A DNA stretch of 64,000 nt from Armatimonadota bacterium. Its GTDB lineage: Bacteria; Armatimonadota; UBA10988. Location: positions 1 to 64,000 of the forward strand of contig JACRKZ010000079.1 in assembly GCA_016235455.1 (NCBI GenBank), read 5' to 3'. Position numbers and translations under genes: made by a program. Below, in pieces: positions 35,550 to 45,651 of this stretch. The notes beneath the pieces were generated by a model. It searched no databases and was not told the origin of the DNA. It was given only the letters and a program-made list of their open reading frames with translations. The stretch's first letter is position 1; each line of letters begins with the position of its first letter.

Positions 35550-38098
35550 TCCTTGTCGATCGCGTACCAGATAGTCTGCTGATCGGGCGACACCGTTACG
35601 CCCAACCCGCCGGCGCTGGGCCGCGAGGGCACCACGGCGCCCGGCTGGCCCGCGCCGTCGAGCACGCGCACCCGCCGCCGCGCCGTGCCCAGCGCCAGAT
35701 CGAGATCAGCGGTGAGCGGCTCGCAGACCGTCGGGCCAGTGCCCCAGGCGCGGCCCACGCTGGTCAGCGTGTCGTTCCAGCCCATGCCCGTGTTGCCCAC
35801 GGCGCCCACCACCACCAGCAGCAGCTTGGCCGACTCGGCCAGCGCCTGGCCATCGAGCGCGGCCAAGGCCACGGTCGCGAAGTTGCGCTCGGTGGGGTGC
35901 AGCGCCACGGTCAGCGGGCCGGCGGTGACCTTGCGCCCGCCGATGCGACCCACCACCGCCGCCACCTGCGGCGTGTCCACACGGTAGTGTGCCTGCTCGG
36001 CGGGGGCCGACTGCCAGACCAGGCTCGTGCTGCCCTGACCAGCCCCGGTGCTCAGTTTCGGCGCGGCATCGCCGTCGACCAGCGCCACCTCGGCGCGGCC
36101 GTCGGCCACCATGGCGCCCGCGGCCAGGCCGGCGGCCTGCCACAGGCTGCCCATGCTGCCGCCCCGCGCCAGGACGGCGCGCGACACGGTCAGGCGGTGG
36201 ACGATGCCCGCCGCGGGCATGGCGCCGGCGCGGAACAGCACCGCCGCGATGGGCATCAAGGCCATCTTGGCGGGGTTGGTCACGCTCTCGAAGTAGCCAC
36301 GGATCTTTGGCGGCCCGGCCACGACGGAGTCACCGTAGTCGAACTGGTAGAGCGCGTCCCAGTTCTGCCGACCAGCCACGGCAGCCAGCAACGGCATGGC
36401 CTCGGCGGTGTAGAAGCTTGGTGCCGGATGGTCATACTCGCTCACCGAGTACGGCTTGCCCGCGACGCGGTTGGCCACCAGGCCACCGAGCGCGCCGCCA
36501 TCGGCCGCGGCGACAATCGGCGTGTTGGCGATGCTCCAGTCGGCCGAGTCCCACGGCCTGCCGGGGAAGCGCGGATGCTGCCAGTAGGCGTGCATGTCGA
36601 CGTAGTCGGACAGGTCGGCCTCGCGCGCCAGGCCGATGGTGCCGCCGTAGCTGGCCTGGCTGCAGATCACCAGCGCGCCACAGCCGATGGTCTTCTTGAC
36701 CAGGTCGCGCAGGCCGACGACATAGTCGCGCTCCGTCTTGGTGACATACGCCGTCCAGTCGGCGGCCTCGCGGGGCAGCGCCCGGCCGATGGGCAGCGGC
36801 AGCGTGTCCAGCGTGGTCCCGGCAGGCAAGTCGGTCGGCACGCCGCGGCGCAGCGACATGCCGGCCAGTTCCACGGTGCCGACCACGCTGTTGAGCCCGA
36901 AGCTCAGTCGCGTGTGCCGCGGCACGACGGTGGTGGCATGCAGGCTGAAGGTGTGCCGCTTCCACTCGGGCGTGAGGGTGATCGTCGCCGTCTGGCCGAT
37001 GCCGTGCCAGTCGGCCTGGTCGACGCGGCAGCCGACGTAGATGGGCCGGTTGGCATTGGCGCGACCCCAGAACTCCACGGTGTAGTCGGCGCCTTCGGTC
37101 AGGTCCATGCCGACCTGATGCACCTGGAAGTGCCAGGCCTCGACGCCGGGCCTCGTCAGGTCGGCGCGCAGGGCTCGGCGGCCGTCGGGACCATCAACCA
37201 CGGTCAAGCTGGCTTCGGCCGGCTTCGGCGCCTCCAGCACCCAGCCCTTGGTGCCGTCCGCCAGATCGCGATTGGTCAGCAGTTCGGCGCCCAGCGGCTC
37301 CAAGCCGGCGGTCCAGGCACGTCGCGCGGCTTCCAGCGTGCTGTAGCGCTGCTTCACGTACCCACGCCAACCGGCCTCCAGCGGGTCGAGCAGCGCCGGC
37401 GGCAGTTGCAGCAACTGCCCGTTGCCGGCCTGACCGGTGAGGCTGTTCTCGTTGTTCAGCTCCACAAAGGCGATGGTCGGCTCGGTGGCGTAGGTATTGC
37501 CGGTGTACGGGTTGCGGTGGCCGAGGATGAGCCGCGCGTATTCGTGCTGCATGCGGATCAGGTCGGGATGGTAGTGGTCGACCGTCTTGCCGTAATTGAA
37601 AGTCGTGGGCAGCTTGCTCCAGTCGTATCCGGCGTAGTTGCGGCTGACATGGAGGTTCAGGTTGACCCAGATGCCGCAGCGCCGGAACTCGGAGATGAGG
37701 AAGTCGAGCCGGTCCATCTGACCGGGATCGAGCGCCTTCTGCGTCGTGTCGGCCCACAGGCCGCGCGGCGTGGTGCCGTTGTCCATGTGGTGCAGGCGCA
37801 CCACGTTCATGCCCAGACGCTTCATGCGCTCGGCGATCTTGGGCGCCAGGTCCTTGCTCGGGAAGGCGGTGGCGAAGGTCAGGTTGGTGCCCAGCAGGCG
37901 CACACGCTGGCCGCGACCGTCGACGAACGTGCCATCGCGCACCACCAGCCGGCCATGGCTGCCACAGGGCTCGGGGCTCAGGTAGCCCATATCCACGTAG
38001 CCGGCCAGGTCGTAGACCGGCGGCATGGCGAACGGGAACGCACCCGCCAAGGGATCGCCGGCTAGTGCCAGCAGGGCCAGGAGCAGCGTCATCGTCAT
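35546..38098 (-). CDS. Secreted GH5-like glycoside hydrolase with inserted CBM4/9-like domain
   Basis: 'GMNVVRLHHMD', 'NLNLHVSR', 'HRNPYTG', 'ELNNEN', inserted 'WHFQVHQVG...GADYTVEFWG', 'DMHAYWQHP', 'VSEYDH'. Confidence 0.8.
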   Translation of the reverse strand: MTMTLLLALLALAGDPLAGAFPFAMPPVYDLAGYVDMGYLSPEPCGSHGRLVVRDGTFVDGRGQRVRLLGTNLTFATAFPSKDLAPKIAERMKRLGMNVVRLHHMDNGTTPRGLWADTTQKALDPGQMDRLDFLISEFRRCGIWVNLNLHVSRNYAGYDWSKLPTTFNYGKTVDHYHPDLIRMQHEYARLILGHRNPYTGNTYATEPTIAFVELNNENSLTGQAGNGQLLQLPPALLDPLEAGWRGYVKQRYSTLEAARRAWTAGLEPLGAELLTNRDLADGTKGWVLEAPKPAEASLTVVDGPDGRRALRADLTRPGVEAWHFQVHQVGMDLTEGADYTVEFWGRANANRPIYVGCRVDQADWHGIGQTATITLTPEWKRHTFSLHATTVVPRHTRLSFGLNSVVGTVELAGMSLRRGVPTDLPAGTTLDTLPLPIGRALPREAADWTAYVTKTERDYVVGLRDLVKKTIGCGALVICSQASYGGTIGLAREADLSDYVDMHAYWQHPRFPGRPWDSADWSIANTPIVAAADGGALGGLVANRVAGKPYSVSEYDHPAPSFYTAEAMPLLAAVAGRQNWDALYQFDYGDSVVAGPPKIRGYFESVTNPAKMALMPIAAVLFRAGAMPAAGIVHRLTVSRAVLARGGSMGSLWQAAGLAAGAMVADGRAEVALVDGDAAPKLSTGAGQGSTSLVWQSAPAEQAHYRVDTPQVAAVVGRIGGRKVTAGPLTVALHPTERNFATVALAALDGQALAESAKLLLVVVGAVGNTGMGWNDTLTSVGRAWGTGPTVCEPLTADLDLALGTARRRVRVLDGAGQPGAVVPSRPSAGGLGVTVSPDQQTIWYAIDKE

Positions 38099-38200
38099 CT
38101 CCGCGCACGCGCTGATTGGCGCGCGCGGGTGCGGCACCTCCTGCCCGGCAGGAGTCGTGCGCGCGCGGCGAATCTGCCGGTGCGCGGGAGGTGCTGCGTG

Positions 38201-39580
38201 ATGCGATGGGCATGGCTGTTGCTGACCACCATGGGCCTGGCCCTGGCCGCCGACGACATCGCCGCGGGCTGGTGGCAGGGCCAGTTGGCCAAGGAGCTCG
38301 GCGGGTTCCGCCTGGCGGTGCACCTGTCACGGGCCGATGGCGGCGCCTGGACCGGCACGCTGGACAGTCCTGACCAGGGCCTGGCCGGTGTGCCGCTGAG
38401 CGAGGTGAGCGTGGTCGACGGCACCTTGCGCTGCGCCATTCGCGGTGCGCAGACCAGCTTCGAGGGCAAACTCGCCGCCGACGGCCAGACCATCGTGGGC
38501 ACGCTGACCGCCCGGGGCACGCCGTTGCCGCTGACCTTCGCACGGGCGACGGGCACGTTCGTGGTCAACCGCCCGCAGGAGCCCCGGCCGCCCTTCCCCT
38601 ACGACATCCGCGAGGCGCAGGTGGCCAACGCCGACGCCGCGGGCGTGTCGCTGGCCGGCACCCTGACCGTGCCCGCCGGCGCCGGCCCGTGGCCGGCTGT
38701 GGTGCTGGTCTCCGGCTCCGGCCCGAACAACCGCGACGAGGAGGTCTTCGGCCACAGGCCGTTCGCCGTGCTGGCCGACCACTTGAGTCGCAACGGCGTG
38801 GCAGTGCTGCGCTATGACAAGCGCGGCATCGGCGGTTCGAAAGGCGACTACGCGGGGGCCACCACCGCCGATTTCGCCTCGGATGCCGGGGCCTGCCTGC
38901 GCTGGTTGCGGCAGCAGCCCGGCATCGCGGGCGACCGGGTCGGGCTGCTGGGCCACAGCGAAGGCGGCCTGGTGGTGCCGGTGGTGGCCAACAGAGCGCC
39001 GGGCGAGGCGGCCTTCGTGGTGCTGCTGGGCGGACCGGCGGTCACCGGCGCGGACATCCTCACCCGCCAGACCATTCTGCTGTCGCGCACACAGGGCGTG
39101 GACGACACCGCGCTGGCGGCCATCGAGAAGGCGCATCGGGCGCTGGTCAAGCGTGCTGCCGAGGGCGCGAGCGCCGAGGAACTGCGGCCGTTGGTCAAGG
39201 CCCTGATGGCGGCGCAAGGCAGCCCCGCGGACGACAGGACCGCCGACGCCGTGGCCGGCGGGCTGCTGTCGCCGTGGATGAAGGGCTTCCTGACCTACGA
39301 CCCGGCGCCGGCGTTGCGCGGGCTGAAGGTGCCGGTCCTGGCGCTCACGGGCGAGCTCGACCTGCAGGTGGAGCCCGGTCAGAACCTGCCCGTCATGGTG
39401 GCAGCATTCGAGGCCGGTGGCGTGCGCGACTATACGGTGAGCAAGGTGGGCGGCGTCAACCATCTGCTCCAGCCGGCGCGCACGGGTGGCGTGGACGAGT
39501 ATGCCAAGGTGGAGATGACCACAGAACCGCGCGTGCTGGCGCAGATCAGCGCGTGGATCCTTAGCCGCACGGCGCGCTGA
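38201..39580 (+). CDS. Secreted alpha/beta hydrolase (serine aminopeptidase S33-like)
   Basis: 'LDSPDQG', 'RPQEP', 'SGSGPNNRDE', 'RYDKRG', nucleophile 'GHSEGG', 'GELDLQV', 'NHLLQ'. Confidence 0.88.
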   Translation: MRWAWLLLTTMGLALAADDIAAGWWQGQLAKELGGFRLAVHLSRADGGAWTGTLDSPDQGLAGVPLSEVSVVDGTLRCAIRGAQTSFEGKLAADGQTIVGTLTARGTPLPLTFARATGTFVVNRPQEPRPPFPYDIREAQVANADAAGVSLAGTLTVPAGAGPWPAVVLVSGSGPNNRDEEVFGHRPFAVLADHLSRNGVAVLRYDKRGIGGSKGDYAGATTADFASDAGACLRWLRQQPGIAGDRVGLLGHSEGGLVVPVVANRAPGEAAFVVLLGGPAVTGADILTRQTILLSRTQGVDDTALAAIEKAHRALVKRAAEGASAEELRPLVKALMAAQGSPADDRTADAVAGGLLSPWMKGFLTYDPAPALRGLKVPVLALTGELDLQVEPGQNLPVMVAAFEAGGVRDYTVSKVGGVNHLLQPARTGGVDEYAKVEMTTEPRVLAQISAWILSRTAR

Positions 39581-39615
39581 GGCGGTACACTAGGCGGCGA
39601 GGTCAATCCGAGCCA

Positions 39616-40482
39616 ATGAGCCGAGCAGAGCTTGTCAACACGCCCGAGCGCCCCAGCCTCCGCGCCACGCTGGCCGAGCTGTGGTCGTTCCGCGAGCTGA
39701 TCATCGAGTTCACTCGGCGCAGCATCATGCTCCGCTACAAGAACAGCGTGCTGGGCATTGCCTGGTCGCTGGTCACGCCGCTGATGATGATCCTGATGAT
39801 CACGGTGATGACCAAGTTCATCTTCCAGCAGCCGATCCCCAACTACTCGGCCTACCTGTTCCCGGTCATGTTTGCCTGGACGTTCTGCAACAACGCCATC
39901 CCGGACATGTGCATCTCGCTGCTGGAGAGCGCGTCCATCGTGCGGCGTTCGTACTTCCCGCGCGAGCTGCTGCCCATCGCGACGCTGCTGGCCAGCCTCC
40001 TGCATTTCGGCATCTCCATGGGGCTGACCATGGCGTACCTGGTGCTGCTGCACATCTTCCCCTGGCAGGTCAACGTCAAGGTTCTGCTGGTGCTGCTCAT
40101 CGTGCCCGCCAACCTGGCCTTTCTGCTGGGCGTGGGGCTGGTCACCTCGGTGCTCAACGTCATCTTCGAGGACATCCGCTTCGTGGTGACCGTGGTGCTG
40201 CAGCTCATGCTCTACGCCGTGCCGGTGCTCTATCCCATCGAGCGCGTGGCCGCCGCCGCGCCAGACGGCTGGTGGCTGCGGCTGTACCTGCTCAACCCGT
40301 TCGCGTCGTTGCTGGTGCTCTACCAGAAGGCGCTGCTGCCGCCCATCTCGGTCAAGGGCGTCGAGGCGTTGCCCTGGAGCTGGGGCCTGTTGGCCCAGAC
40401 CTGGATCATCTCGCTGCTGACCCTGTGGCTCGGGCTGTGGTTCTTCAACCGCCTCAAGTACATTGCCGTGGAGCGCCTGTGA
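39616..40482 (+). CDS. Polysaccharide ABC transporter permease (Wzm-like)
   Basis: 'RYKNSVLGIAWSLVTPL', 'YFPRELLP', 'PVLYP', 'LNPF'. Confidence 0.9.
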   Translation: MSRAELVNTPERPSLRATLAELWSFRELIIEFTRRSIMLRYKNSVLGIAWSLVTPLMMILMITVMTKFIFQQPIPNYSAYLFPVMFAWTFCNNAIPDMCISLLESASIVRRSYFPRELLPIATLLASLLHFGISMGLTMAYLVLLHIFPWQVNVKVLLVLLIVPANLAFLLGVGLVTSVLNVIFEDIRFVVTVVLQLMLYAVPVLYPIERVAAAAPDGWWLRLYLLNPFASLLVLYQKALLPPISVKGVEALPWSWGLLAQTWIISLLTLWLGLWFFNRLKYIAVERL

Positions 40483-41216
40483 TGAGCGAGCCCCTGGCGG
40501 TCGAAGTGAAAGCGGTGAGCAAGCGCTTCCGCATCGTGCATCACGCCGGCTCGCTCAAGCGCGCGGCCATCGAACTCGTGCGGCGCCGGCCGGCCGTGGA
40601 GTTGATGACGGCCGTCGACAACCTGTCGTTCAGCGTGCCACGCGGCCAGACCGTCGGCATCATCGGCTCCAATGGCAGCGGCAAGAGCACCATGCTCATG
40701 CTGCTGGCGGGCATCTACCGGCCCAGCCAGGGCGAGATCGTCGTGCGCGGCCGCATCACCACGCTGCTCGACCTGTATGCCGGCATGCACCCCGACCTGA
40801 CCGCCGCCGACAACGCCATCCTGGTCGCCATGACCAACGGCCTGACGCGGCGCCAGGCCATCGACCGGCTGCCGACCATTCTGGAGTTCGCCGAACTGCT
40901 CGACGTCGCCGACCAGCGCATCCGTCACTTCTCGGCCGGCATGGTGGTGCGGCTCGGCTTCAGTGTCGCCGCCTACTGCGACCCCGAGGTGCTGCTGGTG
41001 GATGAGGTGCTGGCCGTGGGCGACCAGTCGTTCCAGGCCAAGTGCCGTGGCAAGGTGGCCGAGTTCCAGCGTGAAGGCCGCACCATCGTCTTCGTCTCCC
41101 ACGACCTGCCGGCCGTGGCGGCCAGTTGCGAGCGAGTCATCTGGCTCGACCGCAGCCGGCTGCGCATGGACGGACCCGCCGCCGAGGTGCTCGCCGCCTA
41201 CGCCCAGTCCGTCTAG
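40482..41216 (+). CDS. Polysaccharide ABC transporter ATP-binding protein (Wzt-like)
   Basis: True start MSEPLAV (TGATG overlap); 'GSNGSGKST', 'FSAGMVVRLGF', 'LLVDEVLAVGD', 'VSHD'. Confidence 0.92.
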   Translation: MSEPLAVEVKAVSKRFRIVHHAGSLKRAAIELVRRRPAVELMTAVDNLSFSVPRGQTVGIIGSNGSGKSTMLMLLAGIYRPSQGEIVVRGRITTLLDLYAGMHPDLTAADNAILVAMTNGLTRRQAIDRLPTILEFAELLDVADQRIRHFSAGMVVRLGFSVAAYCDPEVLLVDEVLAVGDQSFQAKCRGKVAEFQREGRTIVFVSHDLPAVAASCERVIWLDRSRLRMDGPAAEVLAAYAQSV

Positions 41217-42160
41217 CCCGCCGGCCGTCGGAACACGAAGCTGCCAATACCCGAGCGACCGGCCTGGGCCTCGGCCGCGGCCAGCCTGGCATAGCGGGCC
41301 AGAGCCGGCTTGCCCAGCACCCGCGTATAGTCGGTGCCCAGCACCGGCAGACCCCGCTGGAAGCCCTCGCTCTGGTAGTACTGCCAGGGCCACGCCTCGT
41401 CGACCTGCCGTACGCACTCCAGACCGAACGACTGCGCCAGAGCGATCAGCGCCTCGGATCGCGGCACGACATAGTGCCGCGGCGCATCCAGCCCGAGCCA
41501 GCAGTCGCCGAACATCTCCCACGGCGTTGAGGGCAGCTTCGGCAGTTGCAGCAGCGCCACACCGCCGTCACTGAGCAGGCCGGCGATGGTCCGCATGGCC
41601 GCCACCGGGTCGGGCATGTGCTCGAACGAATGCATGGCGAAGACCAGGTCATAGCGCTCGGGCAACGCCGCCATGTCGCAGCGGTGGATGGGAAAGGGCA
41701 GACCGTCGGCCACGGGGCTGTAGAGGTCCTGGCCCTCGATGTGCCGGTAGCCCATCAGGTGCAGCTGCCACAACAGCAGCGCGCCGCCGCAGCCGATGTC
41801 GAGCACGCGCGTGTCGCGGGGCGGCTGGCCGGCCAGCCACAGCGCGTGTCGGGCCAGAGCCACCTGCAGGAATGTGCTGCTGAACTGCGGCGGCACCCAC
41901 GACAGCAGGGGCCGCGGCATCCATCGTGCCAGGCCCGCCAGCAGGCGGGCGCGCGGCGAGGCGATCTGGAACGGCAGGTGGCACGAGTAGCCGGCGCTGT
42001 AGTAGGCACCCATGTCGGCCACGTCGTCGATGAGCCACAGACTGCCGCAGCTGCCGCACTCGCCGTAGGAGAACGAGCTGCCCATCTGCTGGTGGCGCTC
42101 CTCGGCGGTGAACACGCGCTTGGGCTGGGATCCGCACATCCGGCACGTTGGCTGAGGCAT
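41213..42160 (-). CDS. Class I SAM-dependent methyltransferase with N-terminal Cys motifs
   Basis: 'CRMCG...CGSCG', 'VLDIGCGG', 'HSFEHMPDP', 'LDAPRH'. Confidence 0.85.
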   Translation of the reverse strand: MPQPTCRMCGSQPKRVFTAEERHQQMGSSFSYGECGSCGSLWLIDDVADMGAYYSAGYSCHLPFQIASPRARLLAGLARWMPRPLLSWVPPQFSSTFLQVALARHALWLAGQPPRDTRVLDIGCGGALLLWQLHLMGYRHIEGQDLYSPVADGLPFPIHRCDMAALPERYDLVFAMHSFEHMPDPVAAMRTIAGLLSDGGVALLQLPKLPSTPWEMFGDCWLGLDAPRHYVVPRSEALIALAQSFGLECVRQVDEAWPWQYYQSEGFQRGLPVLGTDYTRVLGKPALARYARLAAAEAQAGRSGIGSFVFRRPAG

Positions 42161-42188
42161 GATTGCTCCGGGCGACGACAGCGAGGGC

Positions 42189-42217
42189 ATCATAGGGTGG
42201 CGCCAGACGACCGTCAA
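42189..42217 (-). promoter_or_regulatory. Putative sigma-70 promoter for the methyltransferase gene
   Basis: Minus strand TTGACG-N17-TATGAT. Confidence 0.55.
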
Positions 42218-43362
42218 GCGCCGCGGGTCGCGCCGAGCTGGTCGCGCACGGCGGCCACCACCTGCGCGACGAAGTGGTCATGGCGGTAGCGTCGCAGGGC
42301 GAAGGCCCGCGCGGTGGCGGCCCGCCGCCGCACCTCGTCGGGATCGTTGGCCAGCCGACACAGCAGCCGGCCCAGTTGCACCGCATCACCATCGTCGAAC
42401 AGCCAGCCGGAGCGGCCGACCACCTCGGGGATGGCCCCGGTTCGCGAACCGATGACCGGCCGCCCGCAGAGCAGCGCCTGGGCGAGCACGCGGCCGAACT
42501 GCTCGGCCCAGACGGGCGTGGCACGCGAGGGCAGCACCAGGATGTCGGCCGCGGCCATGGCCGCGGACAGGTCGGCCTGGAGCAACTGGCCGAGCCAGCG
42601 CACCCGATCGTCGAGACCCAGGCGTTGGCTCAGTTGGCGCAGCGCGGCCTCATCGGGCCCGGTGCCGGCCACCGCCAGCCGCACGTCCGCCGGCGCCGCG
42701 GCCAGCGCCGAGAGCAGCAGGTCGACGCCCTTTTCCGCCACGAGGCGGCCCGCGTAGAGCAGCGTCAGGCCCGACGCCGCCTCAGGCCGCGCGGCCGGCT
42801 GGAAGACCGTTTCGTCATCGCCCATGAACGCGACTCGTGCGCGGCCCACGGGCAGGCCCTGGCGCTCCAGCAGGCGCGCCGCGCCGCTCGACCCGACCAG
42901 CGCCGCATCGGCGCGACGCAGCACATGCGCCAGCAGGCGCCCGCGCAGCCGGCCCGGCCACGACGACCAGCGCCTCGCCACGTTCTCGAACGACCACACG
43001 ACGACACGCACGCCGGGCAGCAGCAAGCGCGCGACGGCGATGGTCTGCGCGGCGCCCAGTTCGTTGGGCTCGCCGAGGTAGAAGACGACCTGGGGCCGCA
43101 CCTCGCGCAGGCGCTTGACGAGCGCCCAGCCGAACAGCGAGTACGGGTAAGGGCGAACCGGCCAGACCCGCGCCGCGCCGGGGCCGTGGCACTGCACCAC
43201 GCCGCCGAACTGCCCCAGATCGACGCAGCGCGGCTCGAGGGCCTGGACGTCGAGCCCTGGATCCTGGGCCTGCATCGCGTCGGCCAGGGGCTGTACGGCC
43301 AACATGCCCACCACCAGCACGCGCGGCCGGCTGGAGTCCTGCCGCTCGGTGACGTCAGTCAT
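42214..43362 (-). CDS. Glycosyltransferase family 4
   Basis: 'YAGRLVAEKGVDLLL', 'AGTGP', 'LVLPS...EQFGRVLAQA...PVIGSRTGAIPEVV'. Confidence 0.88.
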   Translation of the reverse strand: MTDVTERQDSSRPRVLVVGMLAVQPLADAMQAQDPGLDVQALEPRCVDLGQFGGVVQCHGPGAARVWPVRPYPYSLFGWALVKRLREVRPQVVFYLGEPNELGAAQTIAVARLLLPGVRVVVWSFENVARRWSSWPGRLRGRLLAHVLRRADAALVGSSGAARLLERQGLPVGRARVAFMGDDETVFQPAARPEAASGLTLLYAGRLVAEKGVDLLLSALAAAPADVRLAVAGTGPDEAALRQLSQRLGLDDRVRWLGQLLQADLSAAMAAADILVLPSRATPVWAEQFGRVLAQALLCGRPVIGSRTGAIPEVVGRSGWLFDDGDAVQLGRLLCRLANDPDEVRRRAATARAFALRRYRHDHFVAQVVAAVRDQLGATRGA

Positions 43363-44107
43363 CGAACCGCACCGCCACCACCTCGCCCTCGGCGAGCACG
43401 GCCAGCAGACGCGGGTCCGACCACAGCCGCCGATCGCCCTCGCGCTCAGCCGCCACCACCTCGCCCGGATAGCCGGCATGACCGAGCGCGCGCATCTCCG
43501 GACCGTCGCACGCGGGATGGTTGACCATCAGGTACGTGCCCGGATCGGCCGCCGACAGACTGGCCAGCAGCCGGTCGACGGCATCGCCCTCGCACTCGGC
43601 CTGCGGCAACCGCGCGCCGCGCCGGTCGCCGTCGAGCAGGCCGTGCCGGGCTCGCCAGCCGGACATGGCGTCGGCCAGGCCGTCCACGACCCAGCCGAAG
43701 CCCATGTGCTGATCGGCGTAGCGCACGTCGATGCCAAGCTCGCGCAAGCGGCCCAACTGCGCGTCGCACTCGGCGATGATCTCGTCGACACGGGGCTGGG
43801 CTTCATGCAGCGTCTGGGTCGTCTGGTGGAAGCAGCCATCGGCGTCAACCAGCGAGGGCGCCTCGCGCGCGGGCAACACCGGCCCCCAGCGCAGGCTGTC
43901 CCACTCGGCGTTGAAGCACAGGTGCACACCGCAGCACAGGCCCTCGATGCCCGCCAACAACGCCGCGGCGGACTCGATGGCCGGCCCGCAGGCGAGGATG
44001 CTCGCGTTGCGCAGACAGCCGCGCGTGGCGGCCTCGTAGACCGCGCGGTTGGCGCTCTCGTTGCAGCCGGCGTCGTCGCCACGCGTGATCAGGCGGATGC
44101 GCGCCAT
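43355..44107 (-). CDS. YdjC/ChbG/HpnK family carbohydrate deacetylase
   Basis: 'LITRGDDAG', 'GVHL', 'DQHMG', 'MVNHP'. Confidence 0.88.
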   Translation of the reverse strand: MARIRLITRGDDAGCNESANRAVYEAATRGCLRNASILACGPAIESAAALLAGIEGLCCGVHLCFNAEWDSLRWGPVLPAREAPSLVDADGCFHQTTQTLHEAQPRVDEIIAECDAQLGRLRELGIDVRYADQHMGFGWVVDGLADAMSGWRARHGLLDGDRRGARLPQAECEGDAVDRLLASLSAADPGTYLMVNHPACDGPEMRALGHAGYPGEVVAAEREGDRRLWSDPRLLAVLAEGEVVAVRFDD

Positions 44108-44109
44108 GC

Positions 44110-45627
44110 TCAGCTCCCGGCGATGAAGCCGCGGATGTCCGCGGCCATCTTCTCCAACTCGGTCTGCTTGACGTACATCATGTGCCCGGCCTCGTAGTAA
44201 GCCATCTGTACATGGTCGCGCAGGCTCTCATCGCGCGCGAGATGGTCGAAGGTGTACTCGGTGGCGAAGTACGGCGTGGCCAGGTCATAGTAGCCGTTGG
44301 CGCAGAACACGCGCAGGTTGGCGTTGTGCGTCATGGCCTCGCGCAGCGGCTCCGAGACATCGCAGAACTGGTTGGCCCACTTGTCGTAGCTCCAGCTCAT
44401 GTACAGCCCGGCCATGATCTGGTAGCGCACGTCGGCTTCGTAGTTCAGCTCGGCGCGCAGGTACTGGTTGAGCGCGCCGGCGAACGCGCCATGAATGGCC
44501 GTGTGGCTCGGGTCGTACTCGTAGCTGTCGCGCACCTGCTCGCGGTCGATGCCGATGTAGCGGCTGTCCAGCCGGCCCACCGTGCGCCCGCGGCCGCGCA
44601 GCAACTCCTTGTTGAACCGGCCCATGCCGATGCGCAACCGGCTGGCCTCGACGTACTCGGGCGACAGGCCGCAAAACGCCGCGACACGGTCGCGAATGGC
44701 CTCGAACCGCTCGCGCGGCAGGCGGTCGCCCCACATCAGCGCCGGCGCATACTCGTCGTGGGCAAACCGCTCCACTTCGTCCAGCAGATTACGCAGCGGC
44801 CGCGCCTGCAGCTCGGGTGACAGCGCCTGGTGGTACCAGGCCGTGGCGCAGTAGCTGGGCAGGAACAGCACGTACGGCAGGTCGTTGCCCGGCGCGAAGC
44901 GGATGGTGGCCATGTTGAGCACCACCGAGACCAGCACCACGCCCGACAGGTACAACCCGTGCTTCTCCTGGAGCACCTGCGACAGGCCGGCCGAGCGCAG
45001 TGTGCCGTAGCTCTCGCCGCCGACGAATACCGGAGACGCCCAGCGCCGGTGCTCGGTGACAAAGCGAGCGATGAAGTCGCCCACGGAGTCGAGGTCGCCC
45101 TCGACGCTCCAGAACTCCTTGGGCTCCACGCCTTCGGCGGCCTTGGAGTAGCCGGTGCCCACCGGGTCGATGAACACCAGATCGGCCACATCCAGCAGCG
45201 TCTGCTCGTTGTCGATCAGCTTCGGCGGCGGCGCCGGCTGCTCGCCGTCTGGTCCGAGCACGACGCGCCGCGGCCCCCAGGCGCCCAGATGCAGCCACAC
45301 CGACGACGAGCCGGGGCCGCCGTTGAAGGCGAAGAGAATGGGCCGCGTGCTGACATCGGCCACATCGTCGCGGAGGTACGCGGTGTAGTAGAGCTTGGCG
45401 CGCTCCTTGCCGTCATCGTCGCGCAGCGCCAGCCTGCCGGCGGTAGCGGTGTAGGCCAGGGCCCGGCCGCCGACGGTGATGGTGTGCTGCGTCTCGACCT
45501 TGTCCGGCTTGGCGTCGGCCGGCTTGGCCTCGGCGTCGGGCATGGTCAGCGACACGGTCAGCTTCGGCAGTACGATCTCGCCGGTCGCGGCGGGCTTGGT
45601 GTCGTTGGGCTTGGTGGGCTCACTCAC
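44110..45627 (-). CDS. Peptidase S10 family serine carboxypeptidase
   Basis: 'FNGGPGSSS', 'FIDPVGTGYS', 'GESYG', 'GYYDLATP', 'GHMMY'. Confidence 0.92.
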   Translation of the reverse strand: MSEPTKPNDTKPAATGEIVLPKLTVSLTMPDAEAKPADAKPDKVETQHTITVGGRALAYTATAGRLALRDDDGKERAKLYYTAYLRDDVADVSTRPILFAFNGGPGSSSVWLHLGAWGPRRVVLGPDGEQPAPPPKLIDNEQTLLDVADLVFIDPVGTGYSKAAEGVEPKEFWSVEGDLDSVGDFIARFVTEHRRWASPVFVGGESYGTLRSAGLSQVLQEKHGLYLSGVVLVSVVLNMATIRFAPGNDLPYVLFLPSYCATAWYHQALSPELQARPLRNLLDEVERFAHDEYAPALMWGDRLPRERFEAIRDRVAAFCGLSPEYVEASRLRIGMGRFNKELLRGRGRTVGRLDSRYIGIDREQVRDSYEYDPSHTAIHGAFAGALNQYLRAELNYEADVRYQIMAGLYMSWSYDKWANQFCDVSEPLREAMTHNANLRVFCANGYYDLATPYFATEYTFDHLARDESLRDHVQMAYYEAGHMMYVKQTELEKMAADIRGFIAGS

Positions 45628-45651
45628 ACTCAGTCTCCTCTGTATCCCAGG

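Noticed and set aside
39681-41216. 511-aa extended ABC ATPase
   Set aside because: The N-terminal extension is an off-frame read through wzm. The real start is the ATG at 40482.
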